A stretch of DNA of 40,793 bases, taken from the IMG/VR virus record IMGVR_UViG_3300048837_000378, positions 1 through 40,793 of that record. The stretch is one strand, 5' to 3'. This DNA is from a virus. Its lineage: Duplodnaviria > Heunggongvirae > Uroviricota > Caudoviricetes. The notes beneath the pieces were generated by a model. That model saw only the letters and a list, made by a program, of their open reading frames with translations, ran no database searches and had not been told where the DNA came from. Below are positions 14,507 to 23,967 of the stretch, one piece after another. A program made the translations under genes and the position numbers. How positions within the stretch are numbered: position 1 is the first letter of the stretch; each line of letters opens with the position of its first letter.

Positions 14507-16117
14507 ATGACACAAGAAGTAAATACAGAAGGTAGACCATTACGGATACACGAACTGGACATTGAAGCATTAGCTCAATTTCTTATGGAAAAGCGAGTCA
14601 GAACCTCTCAAGGTAAACTGATTATGCCTTTACATGAAGGACATAGAGAGGCTTTACGTGACGCCGGTCGTTTTAAAGTTTTGGCATGTGGCCGACGATG
14701 GGGCAAAACACTCTTAACAAGTTTAATGGCTCTTGCAGTATTAATGCAAATGAACCGTAGAGTATGGATTGTTGCTCCTGATTATGGCTTGACCGAGAAA
14801 GTATTTCGTGAATTGTATCATATTTTAGTTACTCAATTACAGATAATCAAACCTGGTAAAAGAGGTGGAGGTAGGGCGCGTAATCAAAAAGGCGACTACT
14901 ACTTAGAAACTCCGTGGGGCTCCGTTTTGGAAGCTAAATCAATGGAGAATCCAGACTCACTAGCAGGGGAAGCATTAGACCTCGTAATCGTTGATGAGGC
15001 TGCTTTGCAGCCTAATATGGACGACATTTGGACTCAGATGTTACGTCCTACTCTTATGGATAAAGAAGGCTCTGCTGTATTTATCTCTACTCCGCGTGGA
15101 AAAAATGGCTTCTTTAAACTGTTTATGTTCGGCAGTGTCGGTAGAAAACAACGAGAGAATAAATTAAGAATTACACTTGATGCAGACGGTAATTCTAATG
15201 ACATGAGGGATTGGAGTTCTTTCCAACGCTCAAGCTATGATAACCCTTTATTATCTTCTTCTCCAGAAAAATCTAAAGATGAAATTGACCACGCTTATCG
15301 TCAAGCAGCGATGGAAGGTAAATTAACTAAGTTCAAGCAAGAATACTTAGCAGACTTTGAAGCAGTAGCTGATAGTTGTTTCCCTGGATTTACTCCAGAA
15401 GAAACAGATAAATCCAAAGTACCGCATGTAGTTGATTACGTATGGCATCCAGATGAAGGTCCAGTTTTCGCAGCTTGTGACCATAACTTCGCAAAACCAG
15501 CAAGCACATTATTTGCCCAAGTGAATAAGTTTGGGGATGTAGTAATTTTTGATGAGAGATTTACTCCACACACAACTACTTACATGCAAGGTCAACAGAT
15601 TATAGACAAAGAAGCTGAACTTACTAGAACAGCTTTGCAAATCTGGCAAGACGAAGCCGCACTACAGAAATCAAGACACCATATAAAATTTCAAGATATC
15701 GTAGCAGATGTTTCAGGAGACCAAGTCCAACTTAACGGACGGTCAGCATGGGACGATATGACAGCAATTACTGGCCGCAGACCTACTGGTTTAAAGCAAC
15801 CAAGAGATGTCGGCTCTAATATGATTAGGTTGTGGTTAAACTACCCACAATTTGATGAACGAGGCAGACCAAAATTAGACCCTGTTTCAGGAGACCAAGT
15901 AACTCTTCCTAAACTGTTCATCAATAGAAATTGCATTAATTTGATTTATGCTATCCAAACAGCCAAATTTAAAAAAGGCCAAAATGGAGTATTGAAAGAA
16001 GATTACGAAGAAACTCCTGATGGATATGAGGGACTTCTAGATGCTTTAAGGTATTTACTAGTACATCTATTTCATGATAGAGGAGAACATTTTACTATAA
16101 TAAAAGGAGTACAATAA
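14507..16117 (+). CDS. terL: Terminase large subunit
   Basis: Walker A CGRRWGKT, Walker B LVIVDEAA, ISTPRGKN motif III, nuclease end LLDALRY. Confidence 0.95.
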   Translation: MTQEVNTEGRPLRIHELDIEALAQFLMEKRVRTSQGKLIMPLHEGHREALRDAGRFKVLACGRRWGKTLLTSLMALAVLMQMNRRVWIVAPDYGLTEKVFRELYHILVTQLQIIKPGKRGGGRARNQKGDYYLETPWGSVLEAKSMENPDSLAGEALDLVIVDEAALQPNMDDIWTQMLRPTLMDKEGSAVFISTPRGKNGFFKLFMFGSVGRKQRENKLRITLDADGNSNDMRDWSSFQRSSYDNPLLSSSPEKSKDEIDHAYRQAAMEGKLTKFKQEYLADFEAVADSCFPGFTPEETDKSKVPHVVDYVWHPDEGPVFAACDHNFAKPASTLFAQVNKFGDVVIFDERFTPHTTTYMQGQQIIDKEAELTRTALQIWQDEAALQKSRHHIKFQDIVADVSGDQVQLNGRSAWDDMTAITGRRPTGLKQPRDVGSNMIRLWLNYPQFDERGRPKLDPVSGDQVTLPKLFINRNCINLIYAIQTAKFKKGQNGVLKEDYEETPDGYEGLLDALRYLLVHLFHDRGEHFTIIKGVQ

Positions 16118-16572
16118 TGAAATTTTGTATTTCTTGTAAAAAAGTTAAATTTTTATCCGATTATGTAAAAGATTGCAGCAGAAAAGACGGATACCAAGTT
16201 TATTGTAAAGAATGCTTTCGTAATAAAGGGTATAAAAGTAAGTATAAAAAATCTCTAAAAGGAAAGCAAGCTAATCAAAGATATCAAAAAAATAATCCTG
16301 GAACAGTTAATGCTAAGACAGCCAGACGTCGAGCAACAAAATTGAAAGCTACGCCAAAATGGTTAACTATACAACAATTACAAGAAATTAAAAATATTTA
16401 TACTCAGTGCGCTAAAATAAATAGAACATCTGAAATTGAATATGAAGTTGACCATATATTCCCATTACAAGGGGATAATAGTTGTGGTCTCCACGTTCCT
16501 TGGAATTTACAAATAATTGAAAAGTCTGTAAACAGGTCAAAAGGAAATAAGGAGAATTATAATGGCCACTGA
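16117..16572 (+). CDS. HNH endonuclease
   Basis: CISC...CKEC; YEVDHIFPL...GLHVPWNLQII...NRSKGN. Confidence 0.9.
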   Translation: MKFCISCKKVKFLSDYVKDCSRKDGYQVYCKECFRNKGYKSKYKKSLKGKQANQRYQKNNPGTVNAKTARRRATKLKATPKWLTIQQLQEIKNIYTQCAKINRTSEIEYEVDHIFPLQGDNSCGLHVPWNLQIIEKSVNRSKGNKENYNGH

Positions 16573-16891
16573 ACCAAGAGGTCTTTTAAAAAAGCAGTCT
16601 AGACTAGCTAGACAGCCCGTAAAATCTGGAGAACTAGTAGCTACTGGTACTCTTGATGGAACAACTACCATAGAAGTATTAACTCTATCAGTAGTAGCTG
16701 AAAAGTTATCTTTGCAGATGCAAGGAACTTTAACTGGTACAATAGAATTTTCTATTGACGGAAAAACATTTATAAATTCTACAGCAATTCCTGCTGCCGG
16801 AGTTATTACAAATTTTAGTACACACTTAGTTGCGTCAGTTAAAGTCACTAGAGCTACAGGTAGCGGTACTTTGACTGTGGCGGCAAGGTAA
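16562..16891 (+). CDS. Small beta-rich, probable virion protein
   Basis: T/G/V-rich beta pattern; lies in the head module. Confidence 0.6.
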   Translation: MATEPRGLLKKQSRLARQPVKSGELVATGTLDGTTTIEVLTLSVVAEKLSLQMQGTLTGTIEFSIDGKTFINSTAIPAAGVITNFSTHLVASVKVTRATGSGTLTVAAR

Positions 16892-17118
16892 TGGAAACAG
16901 TTATTTATAGAAAAAATAAATTATTTATTATATCTAAAGATAAGTTGAAACCACACGCACGTAAGGAAGAGATTTACACCGCCTTGTATGCCGCTATTTA
17001 TAGCGAATTTCAAGGAGCTAGTAATCATCCTAACTATAAAGATTTAACAAATTTAGACAGATTAGCAGAAATTAATAAGTATGCTTTTAATTGGCTAAAG
17101 TCGAGAGGTTTTATCTAA
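16891..17118 (+). CDS. Hypothetical protein
   Basis: TAATG coupling at both ends. Confidence 0.7.
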   Translation: METVIYRKNKLFIISKDKLKPHARKEEIYTALYAAIYSEFQGASNHPNYKDLTNLDRLAEINKYAFNWLKSRGFI

Positions 17119-17390
17119 TGAAAAAACAAAAACAAACCGAGATTAAACCAGCTAAATTTTCTGATTTAGTTAGGGAAGGTAAAGCGAAAGCTGTAGCACC
17201 TCCACCCGAAACTAACAGAGGTATGGATGGTAAATACTCTATTGATAGAGCTAAAGCAGCTCAATTCTGGTTCAAAGCAGCTAAAGAACAAACTCCAGGT
17301 GGAGGATTTTTAGGTGTTCCAACAGAAACAATTGATGAAAAAAAATCTCAATCAGAACGAGACATGCTTTATAAAGGCAATAAAAAATAA
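17118..17390 (+). CDS. Hypothetical basic protein
   Basis: Start MKKQKQ with GAGAGG RBS. Confidence 0.7.
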   Translation: MKKQKQTEIKPAKFSDLVREGKAKAVAPPPETNRGMDGKYSIDRAKAAQFWFKAAKEQTPGGGFLGVPTETIDEKKSQSERDMLYKGNKK

Positions 17391-17401
17391 GGAGTATCTT
17401 A

Positions 17402-17680
17402 ATGAAAAAAACTATGGCTTATAAGCACAAAGGTATGAAAGCTCCGCGACCAGATATGTCTGCTCCTGCATTGGACCAGTCTTCTGCTCCCAAGCATAAA
17501 CCTTCTATGCAACACAAAGAGCCTTCTATGCCGATGAAGCCAGAAATGGCGTCAATGGCTCCAGAACACAAGAAAAAAGCTTTACCAATGCAAGACGCTC
17601 CTAAAGGCGTATCTAATGTGAATGGTGGAGTTTCTGTAGCATTGCCCAAATCCGGTAATGTCGGAGAATCTGAAGTGTAA
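17402..17680 (+). CDS. Met/Pro/Lys-rich disordered protein
   Basis: AAGGAG RBS; followed by a terminator. Confidence 0.7.
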   Translation: MKKTMAYKHKGMKAPRPDMSAPALDQSSAPKHKPSMQHKEPSMPMKPEMASMAPEHKKKALPMQDAPKGVSNVNGGVSVALPKSGNVGESEV

Positions 17681-17684
17681 TTGT

Positions 17685-17710
17685 AGGGGGAGGGAACTCC
17701 CTCTATTTTA
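17685..17710 (+). terminator. Rho-independent terminator
   Basis: AGGGGGAG-GGAA-CTCCCTCT then ATTTTA. Confidence 0.65.
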
Positions 17711-17753
17711 TTGTTAGTAGAGCTAACAAGTCTTAACTATAGAGTAGTAGGAT

Positions 17754-18437
17754 ATGAAGAAGTACAAAGTAGATGATACTGTTTTTGAAAATATTGATAA
17801 TGAAGAAAAAGCTTATTGGCTAGGTTTTATACTAGCTGATGGAAGTATTCAAATTAGAAAAAATACTGGGCAACATTTATTAAAAATATCATTAGCAATT
17901 AAGGACAAAGAACATCTAATAAAATTTAAAACTTTCATAAAAACTCAAATACCAATAAAAGAATATTTAGTTGGAAATGGTTTAAATGACAATAAATCTA
18001 AATCTTGTGAAATTATTATTTATAATAAAAAAATAGTACAAGATTTGATTAAACTTGGCATAGGACCTAAAAAGAGTTTTAATGTAAAAATACCTACTAT
18101 AAAAAAATCCCTTCTTTCCCACCTTATTAGAGGTATATGGGATGGAGACGGTTCAGTATTATTTAGAGCTAGAAATAGTAAATATCCAGACTACTATCGT
18201 CCAGAAGTTCAAATTTGTGGTAATAGTTTTGTTTTGGGTAAAATAAATGATATTTTTAAAGATAAACTTTTTCTGTCTAAGTCTAAATTATCTCCAATAG
18301 GAAATATATTTGTATTTAGAAAGTCTTCCAGTTCTGCTCAAAAGATTGCAAAATATTTATATAAAGATAGTACTATACATCTTAATAGAAAATATGAAAA
18401 AGCAATTCAGTGTATAAATTGGATAGCAAAAAGGTAG
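17754..18437 (+). CDS. Free-standing double-motif LAGLIDADG homing endonuclease
   Basis: KAYWLGFILADGSI and LIRGIWDGDGSV motifs. Confidence 0.9.
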   Translation: MKKYKVDDTVFENIDNEEKAYWLGFILADGSIQIRKNTGQHLLKISLAIKDKEHLIKFKTFIKTQIPIKEYLVGNGLNDNKSKSCEIIIYNKKIVQDLIKLGIGPKKSFNVKIPTIKKSLLSHLIRGIWDGDGSVLFRARNSKYPDYYRPEVQICGNSFVLGKINDIFKDKLFLSKSKLSPIGNIFVFRKSSSSAQKIAKYLYKDSTIHLNRKYEKAIQCINWIAKR

Positions 18438-18446
18438 GGTATTTAT

Positions 18447-20363
18447 ATTTCTTTTAATTTAGGTGTATCAAATCATCCTGTAAGTAGGCTCGGCGGATTA
18501 AGTTCTGTTGGTATCTATTTATACGAAGATATTTATTACAGACAATGGATTACTGAAGTAGCACTTGCTTTCTACGAAGGTAGGCAGGATGAGTTTATTT
18601 GGTTAGATTTAGTTCGCCAATTCAGGAACCCCGAAAAACAGCAAATACTACCGTCAAATTTGACTAGAGAAGTCATTGATGAAATTTCTATTCTTTACCA
18701 AGAAGACCCAACCTATCAGGTAACTGATGAAAAAGGTAAAGTCTTAAAAGAAGACCAAGAATTGTGGGAAGATATTCAAAAGCATAGCCGTTACAAAATG
18801 GTTATGGATAAAGTTGATAGATGGTGTTGGCTTCTAGGAACGGTACTGGTAAAGGTCAGCTTTGTTGACCCTAGAACAGGCCAAGTAGTAGAAGAAAATA
18901 AAGGTGGACAAGTTCAATTAGATGTTATGCACGGCGGCGTGTACGACATTAAACATGGAGCGTCTCCTTATTATATCACTGAACTATTGATTGGTTTTGG
19001 AAACAGGTTTGGAGGTTTTGGAGCTTCAGGTTCACCTGCCTCTCCCATGACTTCTAAAGTAGCTTCCTCTGTTCCTAGTCCTTCTAATTTAGGGCCAAAT
19101 GATATCCAAAATAGAGCAAAAAAAGTTAATGATGCAGGCTCTCTAGGAAAGTTAAATAGAATTTATTGGAGTCCAAACTCACATAAATCTATTGACGAAG
19201 AGAATAACGAGTACGAAATTGATAATCCGTATGGAATAGTTCCGGCTGTTCCGTTCTTCAATTCGGACCCAGCACATTATTATTTTTTACCAGTCAATGA
19301 ACCTCTTATTTACGCAAATCATGCAGTAAATATGAGAATAACTGACCTTAACCATATCGCTAAATTTCAATCCTTTGGAGTACCTGTACTTAAAGGAGTT
19401 GAGCGACCTACTTCAACAAGACAAGGGAGACCGACAGATGACTTTAACTATCTTAAAGGCGGTTCTGCTCAATCTCGTTTTGGAGGCGTTAGTGGTGCTG
19501 GGGCAGGTTCAGGTCAATTTAGAACTTTTGATGCTGGCTTCGGTTTATTTAAAGACGGTAATGCAGATGCTAATGCTTTAGGGTTCAGCCTTGGACCTGA
19601 TACAGCAGTAGCAGTAGGCGAAAAAGGCGACTTCAAATTCGCCCACCCGTCCGCAGACATTATGGGATTGGTTAAGACGATTCATTCTATTACAGATATG
19701 GTTCGCATTAATCACGGACTTCGACCAAAATACGACCAACAAATTCCAAGTTCTGGTTTTGCTGTTCTTATGGAAAAAATCGGAGTACTTCAAAATAATA
19801 TTCGCCGTTCTAGATTATTCAAAGAACGCGAACAACAATTATTCCATGTGATTAAAACTCTATGGAATACGCACCACAATAAAGCAGGTCAGAAAAAATT
19901 TAGTAAAGACGCAAAACTGGACGTAACTTATAGACAACCTGAGTTTCCAGTAGACCCGAAGACTAAAAAAGAAGACCTTATTATGGAGCAAAAAATCTTA
20001 GACTCTGGCGATAAGTTTGCAGTTAAGAAGCTTTACCCACATTTAGGGGAAGCAGAAATAGCTAAAATTATTAAAGACAGACGAAAAGATAAAATGGAAC
20101 AAGCTAAGTTTGATGCTGAAGTACAAGTTGAGCAGACTAAGATATTGCAGGAAGCAGGAATCTTTACTACTCAAAATAATTCTAGTGCCACTATCGGTGA
20201 TACTAGAACTGCGGCTTCATCAACAATCACCTCTCAGCCGAAAACTGAAACAGGAGATAAAGACGTAGCCAAACCAAAAATTGACAATAGGGCCAAACAC
20301 GCCGAAAAAAGCTCAGTACAGCCAAAGAAAAATGGCGACCCTAGAGGCAAAAAAGAGGAGTAA
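18447..20363 (+). CDS. Portal protein (SPP1-like); start codon uncertain, probably ATT at 18447
   Basis: Frame is open from 18438; FYEGRQ...SNLTREVIDE resembles SPP1-type portal N-termini; lies between terL and scaffold/capsid. Confidence 0.8.
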   Translation: MSFNLGVSNHPVSRLGGLSSVGIYLYEDIYYRQWITEVALAFYEGRQDEFIWLDLVRQFRNPEKQQILPSNLTREVIDEISILYQEDPTYQVTDEKGKVLKEDQELWEDIQKHSRYKMVMDKVDRWCWLLGTVLVKVSFVDPRTGQVVEENKGGQVQLDVMHGGVYDIKHGASPYYITELLIGFGNRFGGFGASGSPASPMTSKVASSVPSPSNLGPNDIQNRAKKVNDAGSLGKLNRIYWSPNSHKSIDEENNEYEIDNPYGIVPAVPFFNSDPAHYYFLPVNEPLIYANHAVNMRITDLNHIAKFQSFGVPVLKGVERPTSTRQGRPTDDFNYLKGGSAQSRFGGVSGAGAGSGQFRTFDAGFGLFKDGNADANALGFSLGPDTAVAVGEKGDFKFAHPSADIMGLVKTIHSITDMVRINHGLRPKYDQQIPSSGFAVLMEKIGVLQNNIRRSRLFKEREQQLFHVIKTLWNTHHNKAGQKKFSKDAKLDVTYRQPEFPVDPKTKKEDLIMEQKILDSGDKFAVKKLYPHLGEAEIAKIIKDRRKDKMEQAKFDAEVQVEQTKILQEAGIFTTQNNSSATIGDTRTAASSTITSQPKTETGDKDVAKPKIDNRAKHAEKSSVQPKKNGDPRGKKEE

Positions 20364-20365
20364 TA

Positions 20366-20722
20366 ATGTCTCAGCAAGCTAAAGAGGATAAGAAAACCCT
20401 TTATGCTTTGTATGTATTACGTAGAGACGGAGACCATATTTCTGTGGTCGAGTCTCTTAACTACGACGAAGTATATGAGAGTTATCTTAAGCTTACTGCA
20501 CAGTGGTCCGAGTGCATTAAAGAGAGTAGGCCGTTCGCATTAAAAGTACCTGTAGTCACAAGTTTTGACCCAGGACTGATTTACGAGATTACCGTTAAAC
20601 CTGTAATCTTAGACCAAACACAAACCAAGTACGATAACCCATATCAACAAGACATGATTAAAAAAGGTTTCTCAGGAACTTTTGGTAATAAAGGTGACTT
20701 GTTAGATGGTGGATATCGCTAA
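20366..20722 (+). CDS. Hypothetical head-module protein
   Basis: GAGGAG RBS. Confidence 0.7.
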   Translation: MSQQAKEDKKTLYALYVLRRDGDHISVVESLNYDEVYESYLKLTAQWSECIKESRPFALKVPVVTSFDPGLIYEITVKPVILDQTQTKYDNPYQQDMIKKGFSGTFGNKGDLLDGGYR

Positions 20723-20757
20723 CCTAAAACCTAGCAGAGCTAGTGAAGGAAATAAAA

Positions 20758-21720
20758 ATGTCAGATTTATTGAATAAGTTAAATTCGCAACAAAAGGGAC
20801 AAGTAACACCAAAAACAGCAGAAGGGGCAGCTAATAGTGCTGCACCAGTACAACCAGACTCACAGTCTACCCCTCGACTAGAGGTTGACCGTGGCGATGA
20901 TTTGCTGAGACAGGTTAAAACAAAAGCACATAACGCGAGTTCTGCCGACTCAAATTATAGTGGTGCTGATTCGTCACATTCCAATAAGGTTGAGCCTTCT
21001 GGAACTGATAACGCAGGTGTCGATGACCCTGATACATGGACAAAAGATAGTGCTTTCAAAGAAGTCAAGAAACTAAGAGAAGAAAACAAAACTTACCGCC
21101 TTAAGTATCAAGAACAAATTGAATCTTTGAAAATGGAAACTGAAGCTCGAATGCAAGCTAAGGAAGATGAACTCAAGTCAGCTATGGAAGCTCAAAAAGA
21201 ACTTTCTAAAATTAAAGCTGAACAAGAGGACAAAAAACGAAGCTTGGAAGAAAAGCTAGCACATCGAGAAGCGAAAGCTGCTGAATTACAAGCTGTTATG
21301 GACGCTAAAGAAAATGAGTACAGACGTAAAATGTCTGAACTTGAAGCTATGGCTCATACATACAAAGCTAAAGAAGCAGCAGAAAAACAAATTTATGTTC
21401 AACGTATTTCTGAGGAAATCGACAAGATTCCCGAAAAATATCGTGAAATTGCCAATATGATTGTAAAAGGCGCAGGGGAAGACCCTCGTGATGGTTTACT
21501 TGCTTTAAACGAAGCTAAGTTACGAAATATCTTTGAGGACAAAACTGTGGTTGTTAATCACAGCGTTCCAGGAGCTTCGGACGGCGCTAGAGTTAGCAAG
21601 ACCAAAATGGATGAAATGCAAGCAGAGAAACGCGCACAGATGAATTCGGGTCAAAAGATTCGTTCAGCATTAGATGCGATTAAGTCTGGCACTTCAAATA
21701 CCGCTTTTAGAATGAAATAA
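20758..21720 (+). CDS. Capsid scaffolding protein
   Basis: Long K/E coiled coil with a disordered N-terminus, just before the capsid gene. Confidence 0.75.
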   Translation: MSDLLNKLNSQQKGQVTPKTAEGAANSAAPVQPDSQSTPRLEVDRGDDLLRQVKTKAHNASSADSNYSGADSSHSNKVEPSGTDNAGVDDPDTWTKDSAFKEVKKLREENKTYRLKYQEQIESLKMETEARMQAKEDELKSAMEAQKELSKIKAEQEDKKRSLEEKLAHREAKAAELQAVMDAKENEYRRKMSELEAMAHTYKAKEAAEKQIYVQRISEEIDKIPEKYREIANMIVKGAGEDPRDGLLALNEAKLRNIFEDKTVVVNHSVPGASDGARVSKTKMDEMQAEKRAQMNSGQKIRSALDAIKSGTSNTAFRMK

Positions 21721-21735
21721 AAGGAGAATTTTTAA

Positions 21736-23070
21736 ATGGCTCAAGTAATTTCTTTATCCGATGCAGCAACACTCTCTAACAATATGTTAGTTGAAGGTAT
21801 CGTTGCCGACATCATTTCTGTTGACGACTGGTTTAAACACTTACCATTCGTAGTTTTTGAAGGTCTAGCTTATACCTTCACTCGTGAGAAACGTTTAGCT
21901 AAGGCTGACTTTGCTTCTCCTGGGACAAATTTGAACGCTGCCAAATACCAAGATGGCGCTTCATTTGAAAGCGTAAACGTCAATCTTTCTGCTATCATCG
22001 CTGATATTATCATCGACGGTCAGATTGAAGACCAATTCTCAGAAACTAACGACCAATTACAGGTCCAAATTTCTGCGAAAGCAAAACAAATCGCTCGTAT
22101 TTATATGAATGCTATCATCAATGCTCGACGTGGCGGTTCGCTCGTTCAAGCAAACAACGGACCTATCGGCATCGCTGACCGTTTCAATGGTATGTCTTCT
22201 ATTTTGGATGCAGAGCAAGGTAACGTCGATGACGTAAATCACCCATTCTACAACGGCGGAGCTGCTACACAGTCTCTTGAACTTGTAGAAGATGATGCGT
22301 CTTCTTCTCGTTCTGGCCTTCCTGGACGTGTTTTCACGTTGGAAGACCTTGATGACTTGGTTGACCGTGTTACTGGTTCTAAACCTGAATTTTTGATGAT
22401 GAACGCTCGAGAGATTCGTACTCTTCGTACATTGTTGAGAAACACAGGCGGCGGAACTGATGCTTATATGATTCAACAATCTGGATTGGGTTCTGCTCGT
22501 CCTATGTTGATGTATCAAGACATCCCTGTTTTCCGTAACGACTTTATTTCTAAAGCCGACGCAGTGAACACAGCGTCTGTAACTATCTCTTCTATCTCAG
22601 ACACTGATACACTCGTTGTATCTGCTGACCCTTCTACTGCCTTGGGCGGTGCTGCTAACGTTAAGCATCTGCTTATTCGCGGCCTTGACGGTGTTATGTA
22701 CCGTTATGCGACTGTCGGTTTTGCTGGTGGAACAACTATTGACGTAACTGCTACTGGTCAATTTTTTGACCCTGAGCAGAACAAAGTAGTTAGCCGAGTT
22801 GCGCTTAATGGCGGTAACTTTGCTGGTGTCACTACTGCCACTGTTGCAGAGCGATTAGATGGTTCATCTATCTATTCTGGCGCATGGGGAGAATTGAAAG
22901 GTTTAGTAGGTTTCACTTCTGCTAACAACGCTGGTTTAAAACTAGAGTATGTTGGTCCTCGTGAAAACGAAAATGCTTACCAATATCGTATGAAATGGTA
23001 TTGCGGCTTTGACCTGTACAACCGATTAAGCCTCGGACGTATTAAAAACGTTTTGCCTCTTGGTTCTTAA
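21736..23070 (+). CDS. Major capsid protein (HK97 fold) with ~100-aa insertion
   Basis: LSNNMLVEGIV...LPFVVFEGLAYTFTRE; TLEDLDDLVD; PVFRNDFI; YRMKWYCGF; strong RBS and downstream terminator. Confidence 0.9.
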   Translation: MAQVISLSDAATLSNNMLVEGIVADIISVDDWFKHLPFVVFEGLAYTFTREKRLAKADFASPGTNLNAAKYQDGASFESVNVNLSAIIADIIIDGQIEDQFSETNDQLQVQISAKAKQIARIYMNAIINARRGGSLVQANNGPIGIADRFNGMSSILDAEQGNVDDVNHPFYNGGAATQSLELVEDDASSSRSGLPGRVFTLEDLDDLVDRVTGSKPEFLMMNAREIRTLRTLLRNTGGGTDAYMIQQSGLGSARPMLMYQDIPVFRNDFISKADAVNTASVTISSISDTDTLVVSADPSTALGGAANVKHLLIRGLDGVMYRYATVGFAGGTTIDVTATGQFFDPEQNKVVSRVALNGGNFAGVTTATVAERLDGSSIYSGAWGELKGLVGFTSANNAGLKLEYVGPRENENAYQYRMKWYCGFDLYNRLSLGRIKNVLPLGS

Positions 23071-23080
23071 TGATTAATTA

Positions 23081-23110
23081 AAGAGGGAGGCTTAACCGCC
23101 TCCTTCTTTA
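23081..23110 (+). terminator. Rho-independent terminator after the capsid gene
   Basis: AAGAGGGAGGC-TTAACC-GCCTCCTTCTT. Confidence 0.75.
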
Positions 23111-23140
23111 TACTTGCGGTAGAGCCGCCAAGGAGATTTT

Positions 23141-23836
23141 GTGAGTGTATGGACAACCAAATCACTAGAGAGTGATAGAAATTATATCGTTCTTCAACAC
23201 ACCCTTAAAGGTGTAAATTATATTGTCAATGGAATAAAGTTTAGAGAAAGTTATGCCGTTGTAGAGAAGAACAGTAAAACTTATACAATGCTTAAAAGAA
23301 TACCTGTTTTACGAGGTTCTAGAGAATACCCTCTTTCGTACCTTAAGAATCTACCTTTTATAACAAGACTTGCTGATATCAAAATGGTCTATGGCCAAGA
23401 CGTATATCGCCGATTTTTGGAAGAGGAAGATAAATCAAGAAAAACTGAAGCTTTGGTCCTTGAACAAGAGACTGAACTACTTAAGAATCTTGAAATTGAG
23501 AAACGAAAAGAAGATATCAAACTTAAAGAACAAATTGAACAGATTATCGAAGAAGCAAAAGCATCTGGAGAATCTCAGGAAGTAATTGAACAGCTTAAAG
23601 AAAATCTACCAGAAATTAAAAAATGCACAGCTTTTACTGAAAAAGGCGAACTTTGCGGAAGAGATTCCTTAGAGTACAGTCCAAGCAACTATTGCCACGT
23701 ACACCTTTTTGAAGATAAAAAAATGTCTCAATTTGGAATTGAAGTTCCTAAGTTTATGGACAAAAAAGAACGTAAGTCTCTTAGAAATAAGATAGAAGAC
23801 GTTTTGACTAAAGCCAAAAAACAAGGAAAATTCTAA
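23141..23836 (+). CDS. Coiled-coil protein with C-terminal CCCH-type Zn finger (DUF5763-like)
   Basis: GTG start with AAGGAG RBS; CTAFTEKGELC...YCHVH. Confidence 0.65.
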   Translation: MSVWTTKSLESDRNYIVLQHTLKGVNYIVNGIKFRESYAVVEKNSKTYTMLKRIPVLRGSREYPLSYLKNLPFITRLADIKMVYGQDVYRRFLEEEDKSRKTEALVLEQETELLKNLEIEKRKEDIKLKEQIEQIIEEAKASGESQEVIEQLKENLPEIKKCTAFTEKGELCGRDSLEYSPSNYCHVHLFEDKKMSQFGIEVPKFMDKKERKSLRNKIEDVLTKAKKQGKF

Positions 23837-23967
23837 TGGCACGTCACTTAGCTTTAATAACTAAAAATGACAAAATAGTTAAAAAATTAAACTGGGAAAA
23901 ATGTTTGTTAATTACAAACAGTATAGTACTAGCTTTAATTGCACTAAAGCTTTTTGGAGTATTATAA
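23836..23967 (+). CDS. 43-aa membrane protein
   Basis: MARHLAL...CLLITNSIVLALIALKLFGVL; exactly fills the gap between neighbours. Confidence 0.55.
   Translation: MARHLALITKNDKIVKKLNWEKCLLITNSIVLALIALKLFGVL

Noticed and set aside
17681-18450. Group I intron around the LAGLIDADG gene
   Set aside because: Only ~70 nt upstream and ~10 nt downstream are non-coding, too little for an intron core; no upstream portal exon is visible.
23837-23852. TGGCACG in the late region
   Set aside because: GG-to-GC spacing is 11, not 10, and it lies in a start codon context.
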